Positions 19,150 to 29,552 of a stretch of 64,000 bases of DNA are shown piece after piece. The stretch spans positions 3,425 through 67,424 of the forward strand of contig JAVBMS010000044.1 of assembly GCA_031552135.1 (NCBI GenBank), read 5' to 3'. The stretch is from Mailhella sp. (GTDB lineage Bacteria; Desulfobacterota; Desulfovibrionia; Desulfovibrionales; Desulfovibrionaceae). The notes under the pieces are model-generated. The model worked only from the letters and a program-made list of their open reading frames with translations. It was not told the origin of the DNA and ran no database searches. Both the position numbers and the translations under genes were made by a program. How positions within the stretch are numbered: position 1 is the first letter of the stretch; every line of letters starts with the position of its first letter.

Positions 19150-20379
19150 ATGCCTATTTGCAGCGTCGAAACCGCGATTGAGGACATCCGCCAGGGGAAA
19201 ATGATTATCCTGGTGGATGACGACGACCGGGAAAACGAGGGCGATCTGACCATCGCCGCCCAGTTTGTCACCCCGGAAAGCATCAATTTTATGGCGAAGT
19301 ACGGGCGCGGGCTCATCTGCCTGCCGCTGGACGCGGACATGGTGGACGCGCTGCATCTGCCGATGATGACGCAGCGCAACGGCTCGCGCTTCGGCACCAA
19401 TTTCACGGTGTCGATCGAGGCGCGCGAGGGCGTCAGCACGGGCATTTCCGCTTCCGACAGGGCGCGCACCATCCTGGCGGCCGTGGCCGACGGCGCGCAG
19501 CCCGACGATTTGGTGACGCCCGGCCACATTTTTCCGCTCCGCGCGCAGCCGGGCGGCGTGCTCATGCGCGCCGGCCAGACCGAAGGCAGCGTGGATTTGG
19601 CCCGCCTGGCCGGCATTAAGCCCGCCGCCGTCATTTGCGAAATCATGCGTGACGACGGTGAAATGGCGCGCCTGCCGGATCTGGAGATTTTCGCCGAACA
19701 ACACAATCTGCATATCGCCACGATCCGCGACATCATCCGCTACCGCATGGATCGCGGCCAGGTGGCGGTGCGCCGTGTGGCCGAGGCCGACATGCCCACG
19801 CGCTACGGGCACTTTAAAGTGATCGCCTACGAAAACTCGCTGGACAACCAGACGCACGTCGCGCTGGTCAAGGGCGACGTGGGCTCCGGCGACCCGGCCT
19901 TGGTGCGCATCCACAGCGAATGCCTGACCGGCGACGTGTTCGGCTCGCAACGCTGCGACTGCGGCGGCCAGCTTGCCGCGGCCATGCGCATGATCGAGCG
20001 CGAGGGCAGGGGGGCCGTGCTGTATATGCGCCAGGAGGGCCGGGGTATCGGCCTGGCCAATAAAATCAAAGCCTACGCGTTGCAGGACGACGGGCTGGAC
20101 ACCGTGGAGGCGAATCGCCGCCTCGGCTTCCGGGCCGACTTGCGCGATTACGGCGTGGGCGCGCAAATTCTGGTCGATCTCGGCATCCACAACCTGCGCC
20201 TGCTCACCAACAACCCGCGCAAGGTGATCGGGCTGGAAGGCTACGGCCTGCATATTGCCGAACGTATGCCCCTGGAACTGGAGCCCTGCTCCTCCAACGA
20301 AGACTATTTGCTGACCAAAAAAGAAAAAATGGGCCATCTGCTCGATCTGGTGCACCCTCATGCCCAGCGGGCGGAATAG
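19150..20379 (+). CDS. ribBA: bifunctional 3,4-dihydroxy-2-butanone-4-phosphate synthase / GTP cyclohydrolase II
   Basis: [11 protein letters not shown] (DHBP synthase) and [21 protein letters not shown] (GTP cyclohydrolase II zinc-binding Cys). Confidence 0.92.
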   Translation: MPICSVETAIEDIRQGKMIILVDDDDRENEGDLTIAAQFVTPESINFMAKYGRGLICLPLDADMVDALHLPMMTQRNGSRFGTNFTVSIEAREGVSTGISASDRARTILAAVADGAQPDDLVTPGHIFPLRAQPGGVLMRAGQTEGSVDLARLAGIKPAAVICEIMRDDGEMARLPDLEIFAEQHNLHIATIRDIIRYRMDRGQVAVRRVAEADMPTRYGHFKVIAYENSLDNQTHVALVKGDVGSGDPALVRIHSECLTGDVFGSQRCDCGGQLAAAMRMIEREGRGAVLYMRQEGRGIGLANKIKAYALQDDGLDTVEANRRLGFRADLRDYGVGAQILVDLGIHNLRLLTNNPRKVIGLEGYGLHIAERMPLELEPCSSNEDYLLTKKEKMGHLLDLVHPHAQRAE

Positions 20380-20429
20380 GGCGTTTTCATTTTGAAAATG
20401 CCCACGGAACTGAGCGTCGCGAAGTTCCG
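20379..20429 (+). repeat. copy A of a repeated intergenic hairpin-plus-tail element (after ribBA)
   Basis: GGGCGTTTTC-ATTTT-GAAAATGCCC hairpin, then ACGGAACTG, then a second hairpin CGGAACT-N11-AGTTCCG. The core TTGAAAATGCCCACGGAACTG lies at 20392..20412. Confidence 0.6.
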
Positions 20430-20534
20430 CCGCGAGGCCGGAGTGCAACGGCCGAGGCGTGAAACTTGGGCGACAAAACATCGTTCCCGGCTGTGCGCTA
20501 GCTCAAAGTTAATCTGCTCTAACAGGAGAACGCC

Positions 20535-21005
20535 ATGGAAAACATCCGTAGTGTGGAAGGCAAAATGGACGCGGCCGGGCTCAAAATCGCCCTTGTCGCC
20601 ACGCGCTTTAACGACTTTGTCGTGGATCGGCTGATCGGCGGCGCGGTGGATTATTTGACGCGGCACGGCGCGTCGCGCTCGGACTTGACCATCATCCGCA
20701 TTCCCGGCGCGTTCGAGCTGCCGCTGGCCTGCAAGCGCCTCGCCAAATCCGGCGAGTACGACGGCATTGTGGCGCTTGGCGCGGTGATTCGCGGTTCCAC
20801 CCCGCATTTTGACTTTGTGGCGTCCGAAGCCAGCAAGGGCCTGGCCCATGTTTCGCTGGACTATGATCTGCCCGTCGGCTTCGGCCTCCTGACCACCGAC
20901 AATCTGGAGCAGGCCATCGAACGTGCGGGCAGCAAGGGCGGCAACAAGGGCGTGGAAGCCGCCGCCGCCATGCTTGAAACCATCCGCGTGCTGGAGCAGA
21001 TCTGA
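20535..21005 (+). CDS. ribH: 6,7-dimethyl-8-ribityllumazine synthase
   Basis: 156 aa with IALVATRFN ... [10 protein letters not shown] ... [14 protein letters not shown]. Confidence 0.92.
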   Translation: MENIRSVEGKMDAAGLKIALVATRFNDFVVDRLIGGAVDYLTRHGASRSDLTIIRIPGAFELPLACKRLAKSGEYDGIVALGAVIRGSTPHFDFVASEASKGLAHVSLDYDLPVGFGLLTTDNLEQAIERAGSKGGNKGVEAAAAMLETIRVLEQI

Positions 21006-21449
21006 ATGACGCCGCGTCGCGTTTCCCGCAGCCTGGCGTTTCAGGTGTTGTATGGGCAGGAGTTTATTGCCTCGCAAAGTCTTGAGGATCTGCAAAAAGC
21101 CTTTCGCTCCACCCCCCGGGCGGATGCGGAAGAGCAGGGCGTGGAAACCGCGGGTTTTGCCTGGGAACTGGTGGAAGGCGTGTGGCGCAAAGCGGGCGAA
21201 CTGGACGAAATTATCGCCCGTTTCGCCAAAAACTGGCGTCTGGAGCGCGTCGGCCGGGTGGAATTGACCCTGCTGCGCCTGGCGCTTTTTGAAATTTTGT
21301 ACCGCCCGGACGTGCCCGCCAAGGTGGCCCTGAACGAAGCGCTGGAACTGAACCGCCAGTTTGGGGAAGAAAAATCCCTGGCCTTTGTCAACGGCATTCT
21401 GGACGCCGCATGCAAGGCTATGGACAAGGGCGAACTCAGGCCCAACTGA
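21006..21449 (+). CDS. nusB: transcription antitermination factor NusB
   Basis: 147 aa with RSLAFQVLY ... ELTLLRLALFEILY ... VALNEALELNRQFGEEKSLAFVNGILD. It starts directly after the ribH stop. Confidence 0.9.
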   Translation: MTPRRVSRSLAFQVLYGQEFIASQSLEDLQKAFRSTPRADAEEQGVETAGFAWELVEGVWRKAGELDEIIARFAKNWRLERVGRVELTLLRLALFEILYRPDVPAKVALNEALELNRQFGEEKSLAFVNGILDAACKAMDKGELRPN

Positions 21450-21467
21450 GCATCGGAAATATTTCCA

Positions 21468-21526
21468 GAGCATTTTCCCTTGAAAATGCTCACGGAACTG
21501 CGTGTATCACGTCAAAGCTAAACTGC
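21468..21526 (+). repeat. copy B of the same element (after nusB, upstream of leuS)
   Basis: GAGCATTTTC-CCTT-GAAAATGCTC hairpin, then ACGGAACTG. The core TTGAAAATGCTCACGGAACTG (21480..21500) matches copy A at 20 of 21 positions. The downstream TCAAAGCTAAACTGC (21512..21526) matches TCAAAGTTAATCTGC (20503..20517) at 13 of 15. Confidence 0.6.
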
Positions 21527-21542
21527 AGTGGATGAGGTTGAT

Positions 21543-24046
<2,504 letters not shown>

Positions 24047-24047
<1 letters not shown>

Positions 24048-24550
24048 TGTTACGCCGCGCATTCCTGCTCGCGGCCCTGTGCCTGGCGTGTTCGGCCTGC
24101 GGCTATCAGTGGCAGGGCTTTCAGGAGCCCGTGGCGGCCAGTGTGCTGGGGGAGGGCGACAAGACCATCACCATGGGCGTGGTGGAGCAATCCTCGCTGT
24201 ACCCCTGGATGCCCGCGTTTTTGCGCTCCGCCGCGCGGGATGAAATGTCGCTCCGCAAGCTGGCCCGCTGGGTGGACGAGGGCAAGGCCGATTATGTGCT
24301 GGATATCCGTTCGCCCTCGCTCCAGACGCGCGCCGCTTTCAGCGACGAGGAGGGCGTCACGCTGTTGACGACTTCCGTGGCCACGCTGGAGCTTGTGGTG
24401 CGCGACGGCAAAAGCGGCGCGCCGGTATGGCGATCGGGCATTGTGACGTACTCGGAATTGTACGAACGCGCCTCCGCCGAGGACAGCCTGCGCGCCGCGC
24501 TGGTGCAGGCCCTTTACCGCGCCATGGACAGGATGCAGCACAGTTTTTGA
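24047..24550 (+). CDS. lptE: LPS-assembly lipoprotein LptE-like
   Basis: MLRRAFLLAALCLACSACGYQWQGF looks like a lipoprotein signal. The position (leuS-lptE-holA) is conserved. The ATG overlaps the leuS stop. The sequence itself is weakly diagnostic. Confidence 0.55.
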
Positions 24551-24573
24551 ACCTGCGGGAGGCCGCGGTGGAC

Positions 24574-25533
24574 ATGCCCGGTTTTTACTTCTGCCTCTGC
24601 CCGGACAGCGCCCTGTCTCGCGACCGCGTGGACGAGTTGCTGGCCGCCCAGCCCGGCGCGGAGCTTCGCGTCTTCTGGGCGGACGACAACCTCGACGCCC
24701 GTTTTTGGGAAGCGCTGACCGTGCCGGGTTTGGCGGCGTCCGCGCGCGTGGTGATCGTGCGCGCCGCGCAAAGCCTGCCCGCCGAAATCTGGAAAAAACT
24801 TTCGGCCACGCTGGCCACGCCGCGTTCCGGCATCCTGCCGATCTTCTTTTTGGAAAGCGCGTGGGAAAAAGGCCAGCCCAAGCTGCCCGCCCACATCGCC
24901 AAGTTGAAATGCCTTGATTTTGCCGAAAAAAAGGGCTGGATCTGGCGCGCGCCAGGCCTGGACGCCCGCTCGTTGCCGCGTTTTGCGCAGGCCGAAGCCA
25001 AACGCCTGGGCCTGACGCTGTCCAAAAACATGCTGGAGACGCTGTGCGGCGTGCTGCCCCCCGAGGCCGCCGCCGTGCGCGGGGCGCTGGAGCAGCTGTT
25101 TCTGGCCTCGCCGGGCGGCGTGCCGGATGAGGCGCTGATCGGCCAACTGGCCGAATACAATCCGGAAGTGATCCTGTTTGATCTGATCCGGGATTTGGAA
25201 ACCGGCCGCACGGCGGAGGTATGGGCCGCTGTGGCGCGATCCAACGCGGACGCCGCGCTTTTCCCGCTGCTGGCGTTGCTGGCGCGCGAAGCCCGCATAT
25301 TGTGGCAAATCCTCGCCGGAGAATCGGTTTACCTGCCGCAGCATGTGGCGGGCATGAAGCGGGATGTGGCCGCGCGCCTCGGCACCGGAGGGCTGGCCCG
25401 GCTTTTCCGGGCGATTATGGAAACGGAATGGGCGGTCAAATCCGGCCGGCGCCAGCCCGCGCAGGCGCTGGAAGCGCTGGCGGCCGATCTTGGGCTGCTT
25501 TTCGCGGGCGCGCGCCGGAGCGGGCCGGCATGA
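24574..25533 (+). CDS. holA: DNA polymerase III subunit delta (probable)
   Basis: About 319 aa. Called mainly from its conserved position after lptE and a helical C-terminal half. Track ORF trimmed to ATG 24574. Confidence 0.65.
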   Translation: MPGFYFCLCPDSALSRDRVDELLAAQPGAELRVFWADDNLDARFWEALTVPGLAASARVVIVRAAQSLPAEIWKKLSATLATPRSGILPIFFLESAWEKGQPKLPAHIAKLKCLDFAEKKGWIWRAPGLDARSLPRFAQAEAKRLGLTLSKNMLETLCGVLPPEAAAVRGALEQLFLASPGGVPDEALIGQLAEYNPEVILFDLIRDLETGRTAEVWAAVARSNADAALFPLLALLAREARILWQILAGESVYLPQHVAGMKRDVAARLGTGGLARLFRAIMETEWAVKSGRRQPAQALEALAADLGLLFAGARRSGPA

Positions 25534-26213
25534 GCGCCCCGGAAAAGCCGCACCACTCCGGCCACAGGGCCCGCTTGCGCGCCCGCGTTCTGGCCGATCC
25601 GCGTCTGGCGTACGACTATGAATTGCTGGAGCTTTTGCTCGGCTATGTTTTTCTCCGCAAAGACACCAAACCGCTGGCCAAAGAACTGTTAGACCGCTTT
25701 GGCGGCATTGCGGGCCTTCTGGACGCGCATCCGACGGAGCTCGCCGCAACGCCCGGCGCGGGCCCGTCACTGGAAGCTTATATCAAACTTTTGCGGGAAA
25801 TCATTGCCCGCTACTTTGAAGAGGCCGTAAGAAAGAAGCGGGCCGTCACCATGGAAGACATCGGGGAACTGGCCCGTTGCCGCCTCGCGGGGTGCCCGAG
25901 GGAAGAAGTATGGGCCGCGCTGCTGGACAATGGCAACAGACTGCTTAGTTTTGAGAAAATTAATACGGGATCGGTCAATCACGTTCTGATTTCGCCAAGA
26001 GAAGCCGTGGAACTGACATTGGCCCGCAAGGCGTCCGGTTTGGTGCTTGTCCATAATCATCCCGGCGGAAGCGTGCTGCCTTCCAGCCTGGATCTGGAAA
26101 CAACACAGCGTTTGCGGCAGGTTATGGCGGCTGTGGGCCTGCGTTTTTTGGATCATCTGATCCTGGCGGACGGAGCCTGGTACAGCCTGACGAAAGATCG
26201 CCTGCTCGGATAG
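25530..26213 (+). CDS. radC: RadC-family JAB-domain protein
   Basis: HHSGHRARLR N-terminus, HhH-like LLELLLGYV...AKELLDRFGG, and the JAB motif LVHNHPGGSVLPSSLD. The start overlaps the holA stop. Confidence 0.85.
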   Translation: MSAPEKPHHSGHRARLRARVLADPRLAYDYELLELLLGYVFLRKDTKPLAKELLDRFGGIAGLLDAHPTELAATPGAGPSLEAYIKLLREIIARYFEEAVRKKRAVTMEDIGELARCRLAGCPREEVWAALLDNGNRLLSFEKINTGSVNHVLISPREAVELTLARKASGLVLVHNHPGGSVLPSSLDLETTQRLRQVMAAVGLRFLDHLILADGAWYSLTKDRLLG

Positions 26214-26248
26214 CGCGCCGCGTGTTCCGATACCCGAAGAGGATGCCC

Positions 26249-28864
26249 ATGAGTGACAAGCATGTTCTGTTTGCTGAAAACCAGAATCAGGACGACGAGC
26301 CTGTAAAGGACGCCCCTGAAGCCCCCGTCAGAAAAAAACGCCCTGCCGGCCCGGCCGGGGGGCGTCGCCAGAATGAGGAACAACCGGACAAGGAAAAGCC
26401 GGACACTGATCCCGCGCCCGTCCGTCCCCGCCGCCGTGTGTGGCGTCCGGCTTCCTCCGTTGCCGTGCGCTCCGCCCCGGCCGACGACCGGCCGGAAGAC
26501 CCCGCGCTTTCGGAAATTCCTTCGCAGTTGCCGGTGCTGCCCCTGCGCGACAACGTGGTGTTCAACTCCATGATCGTGCCGCTGTATGAGGGCCGGGAAA
26601 AGTCCATCCTCGCGGTGGATTCGGCCCTCAGCACCAACCGTTTTTTGCTGCTGGCCGCGCAGAAGGATATGTCGGTGGAAGCGCCCGGCCCGGCGGACAT
26701 TTACACCGTGGGCTCCGTGGGCATGATCCTGCGCATGATCAAAATGCCCGACGGCCAGGTCAAGATTTTGGTGCAGGGTCTGGCGCGGGCGCGGATCAAA
26801 AGCTACTCCATGACGGAGCCGTTTCTTGCCGCGCAGATTGAAGTTTTGCCCGAAAAAGCGCCCGCCCCGGCGGATATCGCGCAGTCCGCGCTGATCCGCT
26901 CCGCGCGCGAGCAGAGCGAAAAGATCCTCAACCTGCGCGGCATTCCTGTCAACGACATCATGGGCGTGCTCATGTCGGTGGACGATCCCGGCCGCCTGGC
27001 CGATCTGATCGCCGCGAACATGCGCCTGCGCGTATCGGACGCGCAGGAACTCCTGGAAGCCCTTGACCCTGTCGAGCGCCTGAAAATGGTCAACCAGCAC
27101 CTCTCGCGCGAGGTGGAAATCGCGGGCATGCAGGCCCGGATCCAGGGCATGGCGCGCGAAGGCATGGACAAGGCGCAGCGCGATTATTTTCTGCGCGAAC
27201 AGCTTAAAGCCATCCGGCAGGAGCTGGGCGACGGCGCGGATGCGGACGACGACATCGACGCGCTGGCCGAAGCGCTGACCAAGGCCGGCCTGCCCCCGGA
27301 TACCCGCAAGGAGGCCGACAAGCAGTTGCGCCGCCTCGCCAGCATGCACGGCGATTCGGCGGAAGCCACCGTGGTGCGGACGTATCTGGAATGGCTGACC
27401 GATCTGCCCTGGAAAAAACTCTCGCGCGATCGGCTGGACATCGTCAAGGCCAAGGCCATTCTGGACGACGATCATTACGGGCTGGAGCGCATCAAGGATC
27501 GCATCCTCGAATATCTCAGCGTGCGCAAGCTCAACCCGGATTCCAAAGGCCCCATCCTGTGCTTTGTCGGGCCTCCGGGCGTGGGCAAAACCTCGCTGGG
27601 CCGCTCCATCGCCAAGGCCATGGGGCGCAAATTCCAGCGCATTTCGCTCGGCGGCATGCGCGACGAGGCCGAAATACGCGGGCACCGGCGCACCTACATC
27701 GGCGCCATGCCGGGCCGCATCATCCAGGCGCTCAAGCAGGCCGGCACGCGCAACCCCGTCATCATTCTGGATGAAATCGACAAGCTGGGCAGCGATTTTC
27801 GCGGCGATCCCTCGTCCGCGCTGCTTGAAGTGCTGGATCCGGAACAGAATTCCCACTTCAGCGATCACTACCTGAACGTGGAGTTCGATCTTTCCAAGGT
27901 GCTGTTCCTCTGCACGGCCAACCAGCTTGAAACCATACCCGCCGCCCTGCGCGACCGGCTGGAAATCATCTCGCTGGCCGGCTACACGGAGCAGGAAAAG
28001 CTGGCCATCGCCAAAAAATACCTTTTGCCGCGCCAGATCGCGGGCAACGGCCTCAAACCGGACGACATCACCGTGCGCGACGCCGCCATAGGCCGCATTA
28101 TCCGCGATTACACGCGCGAGGCGGGCCTGCGCGATCTGGAGCGGCAGATCGGCACGGTGTGCCGCAAGCTGGCGCGCCGCAAGGCACAGGGCGAAAGCGG
28201 CCCCTTTACGGTATCTTCCGCCCACCTGTTCAAACTTTTGGGCGCGCCCCGCTTTCTGGACGAGGAAAAGGACGCCGTTCTCCTGCCCGGCGTGGCTCTG
28301 GGCCTGGCCTGGACGCAGGCCGGGGGCGAAGTGCTGCATGTGGAAGCCACGACCATGAAGGGCAAGGGCGGCCTGATGCTGACCGGCCAGCTTGGCGACG
28401 TTATGAAAGAAAGCGCGCAGGCCGCGCTCAGCTACGCCCGCACCCACTCGGAGCAACTTGGCATTCCGCCCAACTTCATTGAGGAGCGCGACATCCACAT
28501 CCATGTGCCCGCCGGGGCCACGCCCAAGGATGGGCCGTCCGCCGGAGTCACCATGGTCACGGCGCTGGTTTCTGCGCTCAGCGGCGTGCCCGTGCGGGGC
28601 GATACCTGCATGACCGGCGAAATCACCCTGCGGGGCAGGGTGCTGCCTGTGGGCGGCATCAAGGAAAAAATCCTGGGCGCTGTGGCCCGTGGCCTGACCC
28701 GGGCCGTCATCCCCTCGCAAAACCTGAAGGATCTGGAAGAAATCCCGGCCGATTTACGCCGTAAAATCGACATCAAAACCGTCGCCTCCATCGACGAGCT
28801 TTTGCCGCTGGTGTTGATGACGCCGACCAAAGCCGCCGCGTCCCGCCGCAAAAAAACGGCGTAG
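26249..28864 (+). CDS. lon: ATP-dependent Lon protease
   Basis: LPVLPLRDNVVF (Lon N domain), GPPGVGKTSLG (Walker A), KDGPSAGVTMVTAL (catalytic Ser), GEITLRGRVLPVGGIKEK. The start is ambiguous (GTG 26222, ATG 26243 or ATG 26249). Confidence 0.95.
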   Translation: MSDKHVLFAENQNQDDEPVKDAPEAPVRKKRPAGPAGGRRQNEEQPDKEKPDTDPAPVRPRRRVWRPASSVAVRSAPADDRPEDPALSEIPSQLPVLPLRDNVVFNSMIVPLYEGREKSILAVDSALSTNRFLLLAAQKDMSVEAPGPADIYTVGSVGMILRMIKMPDGQVKILVQGLARARIKSYSMTEPFLAAQIEVLPEKAPAPADIAQSALIRSAREQSEKILNLRGIPVNDIMGVLMSVDDPGRLADLIAANMRLRVSDAQELLEALDPVERLKMVNQHLSREVEIAGMQARIQGMAREGMDKAQRDYFLREQLKAIRQELGDGADADDDIDALAEALTKAGLPPDTRKEADKQLRRLASMHGDSAEATVVRTYLEWLTDLPWKKLSRDRLDIVKAKAILDDDHYGLERIKDRILEYLSVRKLNPDSKGPILCFVGPPGVGKTSLGRSIAKAMGRKFQRISLGGMRDEAEIRGHRRTYIGAMPGRIIQALKQAGTRNPVIILDEIDKLGSDFRGDPSSALLEVLDPEQNSHFSDHYLNVEFDLSKVLFLCTANQLETIPAALRDRLEIISLAGYTEQEKLAIAKKYLLPRQIAGNGLKPDDITVRDAAIGRIIRDYTREAGLRDLERQIGTVCRKLARRKAQGESGPFTVSSAHLFKLLGAPRFLDEEKDAVLLPGVALGLAWTQAGGEVLHVEATTMKGKGGLMLTGQLGDVMKESAQAALSYARTHSEQLGIPPNFIEERDIHIHVPAGATPKDGPSAGVTMVTALVSALSGVPVRGDTCMTGEITLRGRVLPVGGIKEKILGAVARGLTRAVIPSQNLKDLEEIPADLRRKIDIKTVASIDELLPLVLMTPTKAAASRRKKTA

Positions 28865-28886
28865 GCGTTTTTCCTTCCCATTGCAC

Positions 28887-28917
28887 GCGAGGCCGGTTTT
28901 CCGGCCTCGCCGCGTTT
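28887..28917 (+). terminator. terminator-like hairpin after lon
   Basis: GCGAGGCCGG-TTTT-CCGGCCTCGC forms a 10-bp stem, followed by CGCGTTT. It lies 23 nt after the lon stop. Confidence 0.5.
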
Positions 28918-28945
28918 AAGGCGAACGGGCAGGGGTGTTGGACTT

Positions 28946-28960
28946 TGAAAATCTTTTTCA
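28946..28960. promoter_or_regulatory. candidate Fur box upstream of the feo cluster
   Basis: TGAAAAT-C-TTTTTCA is a 7-1-7 near-palindrome matching the classical TGATAAT-N-ATTATCA at 11 of 14 positions. It abuts the predicted -35 element. Confidence 0.45.
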
Positions 28961-28966
28961 TTAATC

Positions 28967-28996
28967 TTGACAAGTCATGAGAGTCGTGCGTATATT
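28967..28996 (+). promoter_or_regulatory. sigma70-like promoter for the feo cluster
   Basis: TTGACA (28967..28972), an 18-nt spacer, then TATATT (28991..28996). It lies 37 nt upstream of the mini-protein start. Confidence 0.45.
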
Positions 28997-29032
28997 TCTG
29001 CCACGAACGCCTGCAAGGGCAAGGAGTTTTGT

Positions 29033-29230
29033 ATGGATACCCTGTTTGTCGGGCTGATTATCGCACTGGCCGCGCTGTACATTGCGCGGCGCATGTGGCG
29101 GGCCGCCAGGGGCACGGGGTCGTGTCATTGCGGCGGCTCATGCGCGCGGCAAGGCTCCACGCTTTCAGAAATTCGTCCCTGCGCAGGGTGCCGATCCAGT
29201 TCGGACAGCGAGAAGCCGCGAAATTTCTGA
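29033..29230 (+). CDS. FeoB-associated Cys-rich membrane mini-protein
   Basis: 65 aa with one transmembrane helix (LFVGLIIALAALYIARRMW) followed by GSCHCGGSC and CAGC. AAGGAG lies 7 nt upstream and the gene sits immediately upstream of feoA. Confidence 0.6.
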   Translation: MDTLFVGLIIALAALYIARRMWRAARGTGSCHCGGSCARQGSTLSEIRPCAGCRSSSDSEKPRNF

Positions 29231-29296
29231 TTTTTTTTGCCAGATCACTGAAAGAGAATTTCATTTTTTAGAATGACGCAAGCGGTGAGGGACACT

Positions 29297-29551
29297 ATGG
29301 ATACGAAGAACAGCACGGAAAAGCGCATTGGCCTTCGGGAAATGAGGGAAGGGCAGAAGGGCTGCATTATCGGCATCGACGCGGAAGGCGAAATGGGTCG
29401 CCGTATTCGGGATATGGGGCTTATCCCCGGTTCCACAGTGGAAATTGTGGGCCGCGCTCCGTTGCGCGATCCCGTGGCTGTGCGCCTTGCCGGCATCACG
29501 CTTGCCCTGCGCAACAAGGAAGCGGATTACATTATGGTTGAGGTGAACTGA
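29297..29551 (+). CDS. feoA: ferrous iron transport protein A
   Basis: LREMREGQKGCIIGIDAEGEMGRRIRDMGLIPGSTVEIVGRAPLRDPV is the FeoA SH3-like pattern. ATG 29297 (GAGGG upstream) is preferred over ATG 29273. Confidence 0.85.
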   Translation: MDTKNSTEKRIGLREMREGQKGCIIGIDAEGEMGRRIRDMGLIPGSTVEIVGRAPLRDPVAVRLAGITLALRNKEADYIMVEVN

Positions 29552-29552
29552 T

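Noticed and set aside
16734-20534. FMN (RFN) riboswitch expected somewhere in front of the riboflavin genes. I examined the 16734..16868 spacer and the 155-nt ribBA-ribH spacer.
   Set aside because: I could not find the conserved RFN core segments (GGATGGGGTGAAATTCC-like and AGTCAGCAGA-like) in either spacer. The ribBA-ribH spacer instead contains the repeated hairpin element reported as a finding.
25530-26213. radC taken as a hint of a defence island or mobile element.
   Set aside because: It overlaps holA by 4 nt inside a conserved core string (leuS-lptE-holA-radC-lon) and has the full-length chromosomal RadC architecture. There are no neighbouring mobile or defence genes.
26153-28720. Very long antisense ORFs. 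The 855-aa ORF opposite lon is one example. Others are 21744..24062 opposite leuS, 42397..44673 opposite glyS, 55154..57688 opposite plsC/rarA/rsmE, 35075..36745 opposite the asmA-family gene, 29532..31157 opposite feoB, 33478..35055 opposite cobQ, 17922..19736 opposite ribD/ribE/ribBA and 12799..14385 opposite fabH/fabG/acpP.
   Set aside because: Each lies opposite a gene with unmistakable conserved motifs. Their translations are dominated by Arg, Ala, Gly, His and Pro with no recognisable domains. Stop-codon-poor antisense frames are expected in GC-rich DNA.
28967-29032. The longer 87-aa form of the Cys-rich mini-protein, starting at TTG 28967.
   Set aside because: The extension would begin inside the predicted -35 hexamer and has no ribosome-binding site. 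ATG 29033 has AAGGAG 7 nt upstream and yields the typical single-TM plus Cys-rich layout.
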